A stretch of DNA of 32,000 nucleotides, taken from sequence record KY606587.1; one strand, written 5' to 3'. A model generated the notes under the pieces. The model saw only the letters and a list, made by a program, of their open reading frames with translations, ran no database searches and was not told where the DNA came from. Below, piece after piece: positions 1-9,274 of this stretch; the stretch's first letter is position 1; every line of letters starts with the position of its first letter. The position numbers were made by a program, and so were the translations under genes. The stretch is from Dinoroseobacter phage vB_DshS-R5C.

Positions 1-405
1 GGCAGCGCGTGGGAGGAGGCGCCTGTCGGTTCCTTCCTGAGCCTGACCGCGAATGGTGCAGGGGTCAAGCTGTCCTCAATCGAGGAGGAGCTGACTTCGC
101 TGTCCGGCGCGACCGTCACGTCGTCCGCAGCCTTCCCGAACCAGAGCCTGATGCTCAGCGTCTCGCTGCGCGTCACCACGTCGATCACTGGCGCGACCTC
201 GTTCGATTGCGGGGACTCTGGCAGCGCGTCGCGCTTCGGCGGGTCGCTCGGTATCACGGCGGGGACGACGAACCAGGGGACAATCGGCCCGACCGGCAAC
301 TACGCCAGCACGCCGGTGGTTTTGACCGCGAACGGCGGCAACTTCACAGGCGGGGACGTGCGCATCGCGCTGCACTACCTCGAGTTCATCGCACCCACGT
401 CGTAG
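1..405 (+). CDS. C-terminal part of probable virion/tail-associated protein (5' truncated)
   Basis: Frame 1 is open from base 1 to the stop at 403-405 (..SLRVTTSITGATSFDCGDSGSASRFGGSLGITAG..VRIALHYLEFIAPTS). Low-complexity Ser/Thr/Gly beta-type composition, immediately upstream of lysis genes. Confidence 0.6.
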   Translation, partial: GSAWEEAPVGSFLSLTANGAGVKLSSIEEELTSLSGATVTSSAAFPNQSLMLSVSLRVTTSITGATSFDCGDSGSASRFGGSLGITAGTTNQGTIGPTGNYASTPVVLTANGGNFTGGDVRIALHYLEFIAPTS

Positions 406-414
406 GAGACGACC

Positions 415-810
415 ATGTTCTTCACCGGATTCCTCGCGCGCTTCGCAATCGGCCAGACAGTTGGGCGCGTCGCTTCGCGTCTACCCTGGCAAATCTGGGC
501 AGCTCTGGGCATCGCGGTGGTCTTGGGCATCACGGCATGGCAGATCAACGACCGCGCGTATGACCGCGGTTTCGCTGAGGCTGAGCGTCAATGGCAAGAG
601 CGCCTCGAAGCGGAGCTCGAACGCCAGGACGCCGCGAACCGTGAGGCACTTCGTCTCGCCCAAGAAGAAATCGACCGTTTGACCGAAGCAAAGGAGGTGC
701 GAGATGCAACGATTGCTCGCCTTATCGAAGAGGCCCGGCAGGATCCTGATGCTGATCGGCCTGCCGTTTCTGCTCCTGGGGTGCGCCGCCTCAATTCAGT
801 ACTCGACTGA
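415..810 (+). CDS. Rz-like inner-membrane spanin (i-spanin) candidate
   Basis: 131 aa. One N-terminal TM segment (WQIWAALGIAVVLGITAW) followed by a charged periplasmic coiled coil; overlapped by a lipoprotein ORF in another frame. Confidence 0.7.
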   Translation: MFFTGFLARFAIGQTVGRVASRLPWQIWAALGIAVVLGITAWQINDRAYDRGFAEAERQWQERLEAELERQDAANREALRLAQEEIDRLTEAKEVRDATIARLIEEARQDPDADRPAVSAPGVRRLNSVLD

Positions 811-1012
811 GCCGCCGCGTCTCTCTGATGCGCCTGCCGCGCTGGCCGCGCGATGCGCGACGCCTGTCCGCTTGCTTGAGCGCGAGTTGACGCAGGCAGA
901 AGTCGAGGAATACTGGTTGCGGGATCGCCAAGCACTGATCGAGTGCGGCGTGTCGAAAGATGCGCTGCTGCAGTATTATCAGAATCGGGACGCGCTGCTC
1001 AGGGGCCAGTAG
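704..1012 (+). CDS. Rz1-like outer-membrane spanin lipoprotein (o-spanin) candidate
   Basis: 102 aa. Signal sequence with lipobox (LLLGC) starting inside the Rz-like gene in a different frame, the classical Rz/Rz1 arrangement. Confidence 0.7.
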   Translation: MQRLLALSKRPGRILMLIGLPFLLLGCAASIQYSTEPPRLSDAPAALAARCATPVRLLERELTQAEVEEYWLRDRQALIECGVSKDALLQYYQNRDALLRGQ

Positions 1013-1196
1013 ACGGCTTCTGCTCGCGCAGCTTCCTCAACGCAGCATCAAGGAGGACCTCGACATGCTCGGGAATACGCTGCCGCCCATTGCGGTAATT
1101 CGAGATTGACTGCGCGGTCTTGCGCAGGTGACCGGCCATTTTCTCGTTTGTCCAGCCCAGCGCAGACTGCTTTCGTTTGAATTCTTCAGGAGTCAT
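999..1196 (-). CDS. Small HTH (Cro/CI/XRE-like) regulator
   Basis: MTPEEFKRKQSALGWTNEKMAGHLRKTAQSISNYRNGRQRIPEHVEVLLDAALRKLREQ: helix-turn-helix pattern. Only clear minus-strand gene; divergent from the rest. A longer upstream start (1280) is possible. Confidence 0.65.
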   Translation of the reverse strand: MTPEEFKRKQSALGWTNEKMAGHLRKTAQSISNYRNGRQRIPEHVEVLLDAALRKLREQKPSTGP

Positions 1197-1283
1197 CGAA
1201 CCCTCACAATTGCGTTCTAGAACTAGCATAAGCGACTTATAGTGACGAGCGGCAAAAACAGAACCCGCGACGAGTCTCACCCT

Positions 1284-1427
1284 CTATAGATCATAGACAA
1301 AATTGCTCCCTCTTTTTCACCGCCAGACCGTTGTGTCGTGTGTGCCGCGTGTGCCGCAGTACCATATTCATAGATCATTCGAGGATCGTATCTCAAAAAA
1401 GGCTACGATTTACTCCATGATCTCTAT
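1284..1427. promoter_or_regulatory. Divergent control region with repeated ATAGATCAT-type boxes
   Basis: CTAT-AGATC-ATAG at 1284-1296, ATAGATCAT at 1370-1378 and inverted ATGATCT-CTAT at 1417-1427, in the AT-richer intergenic region between the HTH gene and thyX. Confidence 0.45.
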
Positions 1428-1465
1428 ATCTCTGGTTCATCAACGCTCAACGGAGATCGGAATTT

Positions 1466-2320
1466 ATGACATCGCTCATCTGGCAACCTGACGTTTTTGC
1501 AATCGGCCAAACGCAGTGGAACGTCGATGACTTCCACGCCTGGATCGGACACAACGGCTTTCAGAACCACACCGTCGTCGCTTCCGAAGGCGGATCGACA
1601 CCCCTCGGCAACCTCTGGCTGGACGTCGAGGAAGACGACGCCATCGAGCGCATGATCGAGTTCGGCGGTCGTCACTGCTATCGCGCATGGCAGTCGGGAC
1701 GCGACCGCGCGTCCTACATCAAGAACATCATCGAGATGGAACATGGGTCGGTGCTCGAGCATTCGTCGATCAACTGGGCCGTGCAAGGCGTCAGCCGTTC
1801 GCTGTCGCTCGAACTCGCGCGCCATCGCGTCGGCATCGCACTGTCGCAGGAGTCGCAGCGCTACGTTGACGCGAAGGACATCGAGTTCGTCGTCCCACCC
1901 ATGGTGCAGTATCTCGCCGGCGGTTCGTTGAACGGCGCCGACATGATCCAGGCCTTCGCGGACGATTGCGCGGCTGCACGCGCGTCCTACATCGACCTGC
2001 AGGAGCGCATCGTCGCCCAGATCAAGGCGACCGAGCCCAACATCAAATCGCTGACCATGGTCAAGAAGCGCGCGAACGAGGCCGCGCGTGCGCACCTGCC
2101 GAACGCCGCCGAAACGCGCTTCTTGTGGACGACCAACATGCGCCTCCTGCGTCACTTCCTCTGGCTGCGCGGCGGCAGCGGCGCCGACCTCGAGATCCGT
2201 CGCCTCGCGTGCTTCCTGCTCGGCTACGCGCACGAGAAAGCGCCCGCCGTGTTCCACGACATGACGCTCTCGGTCAACGATGGCGCCTATGGCGTCCCGA
2301 TCATCGTGTCCAATGCCTGA
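1466..2320 (+). CDS. thyX: FAD-dependent thymidylate synthase ThyX
   Basis: 284 aa with the ThyX signature region ELARHRVGIALSQESQRYV and HGSVLEH upstream. Confidence 0.9.
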   Translation: MTSLIWQPDVFAIGQTQWNVDDFHAWIGHNGFQNHTVVASEGGSTPLGNLWLDVEEDDAIERMIEFGGRHCYRAWQSGRDRASYIKNIIEMEHGSVLEHSSINWAVQGVSRSLSLELARHRVGIALSQESQRYVDAKDIEFVVPPMVQYLAGGSLNGADMIQAFADDCAAARASYIDLQERIVAQIKATEPNIKSLTMVKKRANEAARAHLPNAAETRFLWTTNMRLLRHFLWLRGGSGADLEIRRLACFLLGYAHEKAPAVFHDMTLSVNDGAYGVPIIVSNA

Positions 2321-4082
2321 AGTCCTCGTCGAAAACGCTTGGGGCGTCGTTGACGGTCTCGACTATGAACGCTCGCGCGACATCGCCGAGCGTTTAAACA
2401 CCGAAGTCGAGTTCCAAGGCACGCGCGTCCGTTTCAAGCCGACGCGATACGCGCTCGACCTCCTCGTGAAGGAGTTCGGCGCTGCGTCGTTTCATTCCGG
2501 TTGCCGGTTCGCGTGGGGTCACTTCTACAAGGACACGCCGACGCAGGAGGTCGAGTTCAATTTCGTGACTCAGCCCTACCCGCACCAGCGCGAGTGGTTT
2601 TCGAACATCAAGGACCTCCCATTCTTCGCGCTCGAATGGGAAATGGGGCTCGGCAAGACGAAAACGATCCTTGACGTCTGCCACTGGGCATACTCGAAGG
2701 GCGACATCGACGCGATCTTGGTCGTCACGCTGAAAGGCGTGCACCGTAAGTGGGTCGAAAAGGAAGCACCTGCGCACCTGCCTCGCGGGATGTGGGACGG
2801 TGCGTTCTGGAAGCGCGCAATCGTGGACAACGGGATGTGGACGGGCGAGAACGCGCGCAAGCGCACGCCGATCATCGAGTCGAAGAAGCTGGCAATCGCC
2901 ACTATCAACTTCGAGTCGTGTCACCGCGCGAAAGGCCTCAAATTCTGCGAGCGGTTCATGCGCCAGCGCAAAGTCGCGCTCGTGGTCGACGAATCTCATC
3001 ACATCAAGACGCCCAGCGCCGCGACGACGAAGGCGCTCCTGAAACTCGGCAAGATGGCGAAGCGCCGCTACATCACGACGGGCACAGTCTCGACCGGCTC
3101 ACCCCTCGACACGTGGTCGCAGTATTCCTTCCTGGATCCGCGCATCGTAAACAACTGGAAGTATTGGGCGTTCAAGGCCGAGTTCGCCGTGCAAGAACAG
3201 GTGGGCGACAAGACCTTCGAAACGTGGGAAAAGAACCCAGTCACGGGTCGTTCACAGAAAGTCGAGAAGCCGGTGATGGCTGTCGTCGGATACAAGAACG
3301 AAGACAAGCTGCGCGCGATGCTCGACCCGTATCGGTCGCGCCTCCTGAAAGAGGATTGTCTCGACCTGCCGCCGAAACTGTATCGCATGAGGTCCTTCGA
3401 GATGACCGACGCGATGCGCAAGGCCTACATCGACATGAGCACGGAGTTCCTGACCGAGTTCAACGGCTCGACGATGACCGCGTCCATGGCAATGGTCAAG
3501 CTCTTGCGGCTGCAGCAGATCACGTGCGGTTACATCGTTCCCGACGACGTGGATCCGACGGCCGAAGACATCCCGGGCATCCCGATTGAGGAGAACAACC
3601 CGCGCATCGAAGCGCTGATGGAAGAGATCGAGAAGATCCGCGGGATGGGAGTGATCTGGTCCTACAAGCGCTATTGTCTGCGCGAGATCGCGCAAGCGCT
3701 GCGCTCTGCTTACGGAGACGCGTCGGTTGTCGAGTACCATGGCGGGATCGACGAGGAAACGAAAGCCGCCAATCTCCGCGCGTTCCACGAAGAGCGCTGC
3801 CGCTGGTTCGTCGGCAACCCGCAATCGGGTGGCACGGGCATCGACCTCGTGCAGGCTCAGGACATGATCTACCACGACAACTCCTTCAACTTGGGTCTGC
3901 GCCTGCAATCCGAAGACCGCATCCATCGGATTGGCCAGGAAGGCACTGCGTGCACCATCACCGATCTCGAGTGCCTCGGCACCATCGACCGGCTGCAACT
4001 TCGCTCGTTGAAGGACAAGCGAGACATCGCGGCCAGCGTGTCGGGCGATCTTCTAAAACAGTGGTTGACCGAGTCCGTCTGA
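2313..4082 (+). CDS. SNF2-like SF2 helicase/ATPase
   Basis: Walker A-like WEMGLGKTKT, DESH box (VVDESHHIKTP), TTGTVSTGSP, C-terminal helicase motif RLQSEDRIHRIGQ typical of SNF2-like ATPases. Start MPEVLV at 2313 overlaps the thyX end. Confidence 0.88.
   Translation: MPEVLVENAWGVVDGLDYERSRDIAERLNTEVEFQGTRVRFKPTRYALDLLVKEFGAASFHSGCRFAWGHFYKDTPTQEVEFNFVTQPYPHQREWFSNIKDLPFFALEWEMGLGKTKTILDVCHWAYSKGDIDAILVVTLKGVHRKWVEKEAPAHLPRGMWDGAFWKRAIVDNGMWTGENARKRTPIIESKKLAIATINFESCHRAKGLKFCERFMRQRKVALVVDESHHIKTPSAATTKALLKLGKMAKRRYITTGTVSTGSPLDTWSQYSFLDPRIVNNWKYWAFKAEFAVQEQVGDKTFETWEKNPVTGRSQKVEKPVMAVVGYKNEDKLRAMLDPYRSRLLKEDCLDLPPKLYRMRSFEMTDAMRKAYIDMSTEFLTEFNGSTMTASMAMVKLLRLQQITCGYIVPDDVDPTAEDIPGIPIEENNPRIEALMEEIEKIRGMGVIWSYKRYCLREIAQALRSAYGDASVVEYHGGIDEETKAANLRAFHEERCRWFVGNPQSGGTGIDLVQAQDMIYHDNSFNLGLRLQSEDRIHRIGQEGTACTITDLECLGTIDRLQLRSLKDKRDIAASVSGDLLKQWLTESV
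2392..2399. repeat. GTTTAAAC palindrome copy 1
   Basis: GAGCGTTTAAACA; inside SNF2-like gene. Confidence 0.8.
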
Positions 4083-4117
4083 CCACGTAAAACCGCAACA
4101 CTAACGGAGCAAAAACA

Positions 4118-4477
4118 ATGCCCAAAGTCTACATCGTCAACGAACCAGACGAGTCCCGTGTGCCTGCAGGCCACACATCGTGGGACACGTCGCCCGCCGC
4201 GTATTTCGGGGATCTCGTCTACGTGTTCACCGCCGACAACCCGCCGCCTGTGCGCGACCGGGATGCGGCATTCGAGCGCGCTCACGAAGTCCTCAGCGAG
4301 GCGACGTCCGACGACTTCCTCGTCTGGGCCGGAGGTGATCCTTTCGGCATGGTGATCGCTGCAGCAGTGCTGGCCGACTACACGGACGGTCAGTTCACCT
4401 ATCTGATGTGGGACCGCATGGCGCGAACGTATGCGCCGGTGCCTGTCGATATCTTCAACAACGGAGAACCCGAATGA
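4118..4477 (+). CDS. Conserved phage hypothetical protein
   Basis: 119 aa, good RBS (ACGGAGC), ATGA overlap with the next gene. Confidence 0.6.
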   Translation: MPKVYIVNEPDESRVPAGHTSWDTSPAAYFGDLVYVFTADNPPPVRDRDAAFERAHEVLSEATSDDFLVWAGGDPFGMVIAAAVLADYTDGQFTYLMWDRMARTYAPVPVDIFNNGEPE

Positions 4478-5019
4478 CCGACGAACTGATGGACGAACTC
4501 GAGGCCGACGGCGCAAAGCCCTCGACCGATCTCGCGGACGTGAAAGCGCTCGCGCACAAGCAACTCGAACTCGAGGCGAAGGTCGCCCGGGCCGAGCAGG
4601 CGTTGAAGGACGCGCAGAAAGAGCTGATGCAGATCTCTGACCGCGACCTGCCCGCTGCGCTCAAAGCCGCGGGCATCCCGTCCTTCACGCTCGATAACGG
4701 GATGAAGGTCGCTTACAAGGAAGACCTGAAGGTATCCGTCCCGAAAAAGAACCTTCCGGCCGTCCTCAAGCACATGCGCGAGTGGGGCTATGAGGCGAAC
4801 ATCTCGACGACGATGACCATCGACCTCGGCAAAGGCAACGACAACGCCGCGAAGGCACTCGCACAGCAGGCGTCCGAGATGGGCCTCACCGCGAACGTGG
4901 ATGAGACAATCGCCACGGGAACGGTGAAGAAGGTCCTGAACCAGCGCATCGACGAAGGCAAGTCCGACGACTTGTCGCTGTTCGGCGCGTTCCCATTCAC
5001 CCGAGCAACGGTGAAATAA
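4474..5019 (+). CDS. Phage hypothetical protein with coiled coil
   Basis: MTDELMDELEADGAKPS..., ATGA overlap with upstream ORF; helical segment LELEAKVARAEQALKDAQKEL. Confidence 0.65.
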   Translation: MTDELMDELEADGAKPSTDLADVKALAHKQLELEAKVARAEQALKDAQKELMQISDRDLPAALKAAGIPSFTLDNGMKVAYKEDLKVSVPKKNLPAVLKHMREWGYEANISTTMTIDLGKGNDNAAKALAQQASEMGLTANVDETIATGTVKKVLNQRIDEGKSDDLSLFGAFPFTRATVK

Positions 5020-5044
5020 ACCAGCCAGTAGAGGAGACCTTACT

Positions 5045-5932
5045 ATGGCTGCTTCGAAGAAAACCGAAGTCGCGCAAGCGAAAGAGGCGGGGCTTCCCGC
5101 CGAACTGATGGACGAACTCGCACTCGACGGTGAACAGCACCGCGAGACGATGTCCAAGGACGACATGTCCATTCCGTTCCTGGCCATCCTGCAGTCGCTG
5201 TCGCCGCAGTGCACGCGCGGCGAGGCCGAGTACATCAAAGGCGCCGAACCGTCGGACCTGTTCGACACGGTCACCCAGCGCCTGTTCAAGACGCGCGACG
5301 AAGACGACAACGCGATCCCCGCGGAAATCCGCATCATGCCGATCCACTACAAGCGGTCCTTCATCGAATGGGTCCCGCGCAACAAGGGCGGCGGCATGGT
5401 CCAGGAATACTCTGTCGAGGACGGCCTGTCGATCAACACGGCTCGCAACGACATGAACCAGGACATCATCCAGGACGGCTCGCCGCTGGGCACGCCCGGC
5501 AACCAGCTGGTCGACACCCACACGCACTTCGTCTTCGTGATCCACCCGGATGGTTCGTTCGAACCGATGATCCTGGCGCTCTCGAGCACGCAGTTGAAGC
5601 CGTCGAAAGACCTCAACAACATGGTCTCGAAGCACCGGCTGCCCAACGGCGCGCAGGCCGCGCGCTTCTTCGGCGTGTACTCGATCACGACCCAGTTCCG
5701 GTCGAACGAGAAGGGCTCCTGGTACATCTGGAAGTTCGAGAAGGTGGACGACGTTGCCGCCAACAACGACCTCCTGCCGATGTATCGCGAGGCGAAGACC
5801 TTCGTCGAAGGCATCAAGTCGGGCGAGCACAAGGCCGACTACTCGAAGATGGACGGTGAAGAAAATCCTGGGACGGATGACGCAGCACCTGCTGATGGGG
5901 GTGGCGACGGCGACGAAGAGATCCCATTCTGA
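5045..5932 (+). CDS. Probable single-stranded DNA-binding protein
   Basis: 295 aa ending in an acidic flexible tail and SSB-like tip (GGGDGDEEIPF); located between replication genes. Confidence 0.45.
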   Translation: MAASKKTEVAQAKEAGLPAELMDELALDGEQHRETMSKDDMSIPFLAILQSLSPQCTRGEAEYIKGAEPSDLFDTVTQRLFKTRDEDDNAIPAEIRIMPIHYKRSFIEWVPRNKGGGMVQEYSVEDGLSINTARNDMNQDIIQDGSPLGTPGNQLVDTHTHFVFVIHPDGSFEPMILALSSTQLKPSKDLNNMVSKHRLPNGAQAARFFGVYSITTQFRSNEKGSWYIWKFEKVDDVAANNDLLPMYREAKTFVEGIKSGEHKADYSKMDGEENPGTDDAAPADGGGDGDEEIPF

Positions 5933-5950
5933 TCGTCGATTGATCGCCAG

Positions 5951-5973
5951 CGGGGCCGGCTCGTCCGGCCCCG
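5951..5973 (+). terminator. Rho-independent-type terminator
   Basis: Perfect 9-bp GC stem CGGGGCCGG-CTCGT-CCGGCCCCG followed by TTTC, in the intergenic gap. Confidence 0.6.
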
Positions 5974-5994
5974 TTTCATCAACAGGAGAACGGC

Positions 5995-7773
5995 ATGAAC
6001 AACGCAGAACGCTTCGAGCGTCTGTTCGACGGATACCGCAAGCGGTTCGGTCGATACGACCTCGCAGGACGCAAATCCGCAAAAGGCAAGGAAGAAGGCA
6101 AAGCGACGACGGTCGACCAAGAGCTGACGTCCGACCTCTACGGCAAGCACATCGAAGGCGAAGTCGGGATCGGTGTGATCCCGCTGCGCGCAGACAACAC
6201 GGTTCACTTCGCGGCAATCGACGTTGACGTCTACAGCGAGGAAGATCGCGAGAAGCGCAAGCTCACCCACGAAGACGTCGCGAGCGCTGTCGCGGATTCG
6301 CCTCTCATCGTGACGCGGTCGAAGTCGAACGGCGTCCACGTCTGGCTCTTCATGAAGAACGCGGTTCCCGCGCAGATCGCAATCGAGTATCTGCAAGGTG
6401 TCGCCGCGCGCCTCGGCGTCGCAGGCACTGAGCTCTTCCCGAAGCAGGTCGCACGTGCGAACGAAGGCGACGTGGGCAACTGGATCAACCTCCCATACTT
6501 CGGCGGCGGTCGCGTCGCGGTCATTCCTGAGCGCACCGAAGCCGGCACCGACCGCTACATCGAACCCGACCTCGAGCAGTTCCTCGAGATCGCTGAGGCC
6601 GCGGCGATTGACGCGACCGAGGAGTGGCTGGTCGCGAACACCGAAGCCGTGAACACCGACAAGCAGGACGAGGAGGCGGAGCTGTTCTTCGACGGGCCGC
6701 CGTGCCTGCAAACTCTGCTCGCAGGCTGGCCGAACCGTCGCGCGTCCATCGAACGCAAGTTCAAGGAAGGTGCAATCAGCGAGGACCAGTACAAGAAGCA
6801 AATGGCCTACACCTATCCGCAACTCGAGGAAGGCAACCGCGACAACACGTTCTTGAACGTCGGGCACTACATTCGGCGCCGCATCATGAAGTTCAACACC
6901 GACGCCGAAATGAGCAAATCCGAAAAGGAACTGCTGCTCGAGGAACTGCGTCGTGCGCACGACGTCTGGGGCATGAACAAGTATGGCAACGACTGGCTGG
7001 ACCCTGCGTTTAAACGCAAGTACGGGATCGAAGGCGATCTGCCGCGCATCGCGAACCAGGCGTCGAAAGGAAAGTGGGGCTACGCTTGCACGAAGGAACC
7101 GCTCGTCGGTTTCTGCAATCGCCGCCTCTGCGTCAAACGCAAGTTCGGTGTCGGAACGTCGATGGCTGACATGCCCGAGTTGTCGGAATTCACCATCGTG
7201 TCGTCCGAGGATCGTCAGTACTACGTGACATGCCACAACGCGATGGGCCAACCCACGCGCGTCTACATCCCGGACGTCGAGACGCTTTACTCGCAGACGA
7301 AGTTCTCGCAGGCGATCACGAACCAGACCGACATGTTCTGGCGCACGATGCCCGCGCCGAAGTATCAGGAACTCATCGAAGGCATGATGAAGGACGCGAA
7401 CGAGAATCGCCGCATCGTGCCGCCGCCCGCCGACTCTGATCGTCGTCAGATTCTGATCTCAGCGCTCGAGGAGTTCATCGAGAACAAGAAGCTGCCCGCA
7501 GGCAAGAACGATTCCGCGATCCAATCGGGCCGCGTGATCATGGCGGAAAACGAGCTCGAGGCCTATTTCAAGCTCCAGCACTTCATCAACTTCCTGCGCA
7601 CGAAAGGCATCGGGTTCCCACAACCCATCATCGCGAAGATGCTGACCGAGGACTTCAATCTGACCTACAAGACGAAGCAGTTCGCCAACCGACGCGTGCG
7701 CGTCTACGTCGCGAACATGGAACAGCTCGAGATTCTTTCGACCGAAGGTTTCGAGGACGATGGGGAGGCTTAG
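5995..7773 (+). CDS. Archaeo-eukaryotic-type primase (AEP; TOTE-like) candidate
   Basis: GIGVIPLRADNTVHFAAIDVDVY (catalytic DxD pattern), SPLIVTRSKSNGVHVWLF, GNWINLPYFGG. Additional Cys cluster CTKEPLVGFCNRRLC (CX8CX4C). Confidence 0.7.
   Translation: MNNAERFERLFDGYRKRFGRYDLAGRKSAKGKEEGKATTVDQELTSDLYGKHIEGEVGIGVIPLRADNTVHFAAIDVDVYSEEDREKRKLTHEDVASAVADSPLIVTRSKSNGVHVWLFMKNAVPAQIAIEYLQGVAARLGVAGTELFPKQVARANEGDVGNWINLPYFGGGRVAVIPERTEAGTDRYIEPDLEQFLEIAEAAAIDATEEWLVANTEAVNTDKQDEEAELFFDGPPCLQTLLAGWPNRRASIERKFKEGAISEDQYKKQMAYTYPQLEEGNRDNTFLNVGHYIRRRIMKFNTDAEMSKSEKELLLEELRRAHDVWGMNKYGNDWLDPAFKRKYGIEGDLPRIANQASKGKWGYACTKEPLVGFCNRRLCVKRKFGVGTSMADMPELSEFTIVSSEDRQYYVTCHNAMGQPTRVYIPDVETLYSQTKFSQAITNQTDMFWRTMPAPKYQELIEGMMKDANENRRIVPPPADSDRRQILISALEEFIENKKLPAGKNDSAIQSGRVIMAENELEAYFKLQHFINFLRTKGIGFPQPIIAKMLTEDFNLTYKTKQFANRRVRVYVANMEQLEILSTEGFEDDGEA
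7005..7018. repeat. GTTTAAAC palindrome copy 2
   Basis: 14-bp perfect palindrome TGCGTTTAAACGCA; inside primase gene. Confidence 0.85.
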
Positions 7774-9274
7774 GTCGACACTCATCCTGGGCGGTCCCGG
7801 ATGCGGCAAGACGACCGCGCTGCTCAAGATCGTTGAGCAGGCGTTCTCCCGCGGCGTCGAACCGGAACGGATCGCCTTTGTCGCTTTCACACGAAAGGCG
7901 GCGCAAGAGGCGAGGGAGCGCATGAGCGAGAAGTTTGGGATCGAACCCGACCAAATCCCATACTTTCGGACTCTGCACTCCTTCGCTTTCTCATTCATCG
8001 ACGCGCAGCGGTCACAGATCCTCGACGAGGACAAGCTGCGCGAGTATGCGAAGGCGGAGGGCTTGCAGCTCTCCGCATCGTTCATCGACGACTTCAACCA
8101 GGCCGAACTCACTCCCCACACGCCCGACGAGCAAGCGCTTGCTGCCGCTGCTCTGTCGCGTCTGATGTGCGTCCCGTTCGACGACCTCGTGGTGAAGTAC
8201 GACCTCGACCACGGGCACGCCACGAAGGTCGTCGCGGACTATGAGGAGTTCAAAGAGGACGCATCGCTGCTCGACTTCACCGACATGATCGAGCAGTTCG
8301 ACGGTGCTGACCTGCCTTCGTTCGACTTGCTCATCGTTGACGAGGCGCAGGACCTTTCGCGACTGCAATGGCGCATGGTCGAGCGCATGATTGAGCACTC
8401 GAAGGACGTGTACTTCGCAGGCGACGACGACCAGGCGATCTACGAATGGGCAGGCGCCGACGTGCCCTACTTCCTCACGCTCGATGCTGACCGCGAGGTC
8501 CTTCCCGTTTCATATCGGCTGAAACGAAACATCTTCGACGCGTGCCAGAAGATGATTGCGCACTGCGACCACCGCTACGAAAAGGGCTGGCAACCGCACG
8601 CCGACGGCGGCGAAGTCGATCACGTCGCCTCGTTGCACGACCTCGACTTCAGCGAAGGCACCTGGTTCCTTCTCGCACGCACCAACACGCTAGTGCAGGC
8701 GTTCACGAAGCACATGCGCGACCAGGGGTGGGCGTATATCAGCCCGACGGTCGAAGGCATGAAGCCCTCGACGTCCGCGCCCGCGGTGCAAGCCGTCCTG
8801 GTGTTCGAAAACCTGAAGCGCGGTCGCACGTTCAAGGCCGATCAGGTGCAGAACATGTGGAAGCACGTTCGACCGAAACTGCGACCCGAAGCGATGCCAG
8901 CATTCCAGCTGGATCAGGACTACGGGATCGACGACGTTGCAGCGACGGGGCTCTCGTTCGACATGAACTGGATGGAAGCGCTCGCAATGTCGTCGCCGAT
9001 GCAGGCCTATATCCGGGCTATGCGCGCACGCGGGGAATCGCTTATCAAGAAGCCGCGCATCACCGTCTCGACGTTTCACGGCGTCAAAGGCGGCGAGGCA
9101 GACAACGTCGTGATCTGGCAGAAGCTGACATCGCGAACCTATCAACGGTGGATCGAGCATGATGACCAAGAAGTGCGCGCCATGTTCACGGCAATGTCTC
9201 GTGCGAAGGAACGGCTCATTTTTCTCGATGCGCCCACGCGCATCTCATACGGCATAGAAAGGTTCTTGCTATGA
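7760..9274 (+). CDS. UvrD/PcrA-like SF1 helicase
   Basis: GGPGCGKTTA, LLIVDEAQDLSRLQW, YFAGDDDQAIYEWAGAD, SYRLKR, TFHGVKGGEADNVV, TAMSRAKERL. Confidence 0.9.
   Translation: MGRLRSTLILGGPGCGKTTALLKIVEQAFSRGVEPERIAFVAFTRKAAQEARERMSEKFGIEPDQIPYFRTLHSFAFSFIDAQRSQILDEDKLREYAKAEGLQLSASFIDDFNQAELTPHTPDEQALAAAALSRLMCVPFDDLVVKYDLDHGHATKVVADYEEFKEDASLLDFTDMIEQFDGADLPSFDLLIVDEAQDLSRLQWRMVERMIEHSKDVYFAGDDDQAIYEWAGADVPYFLTLDADREVLPVSYRLKRNIFDACQKMIAHCDHRYEKGWQPHADGGEVDHVASLHDLDFSEGTWFLLARTNTLVQAFTKHMRDQGWAYISPTVEGMKPSTSAPAVQAVLVFENLKRGRTFKADQVQNMWKHVRPKLRPEAMPAFQLDQDYGIDDVAATGLSFDMNWMEALAMSSPMQAYIRAMRARGESLIKKPRITVSTFHGVKGGEADNVVIWQKLTSRTYQRWIEHDDQEVRAMFTAMSRAKERLIFLDAPTRISYGIERFLL

Noticed and set aside
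5839-7251. 470-aa minus-strand ORF opposite the primase gene
   Set aside because: Same antisense artifact of GC-skewed codon third positions; no recognisable motifs.
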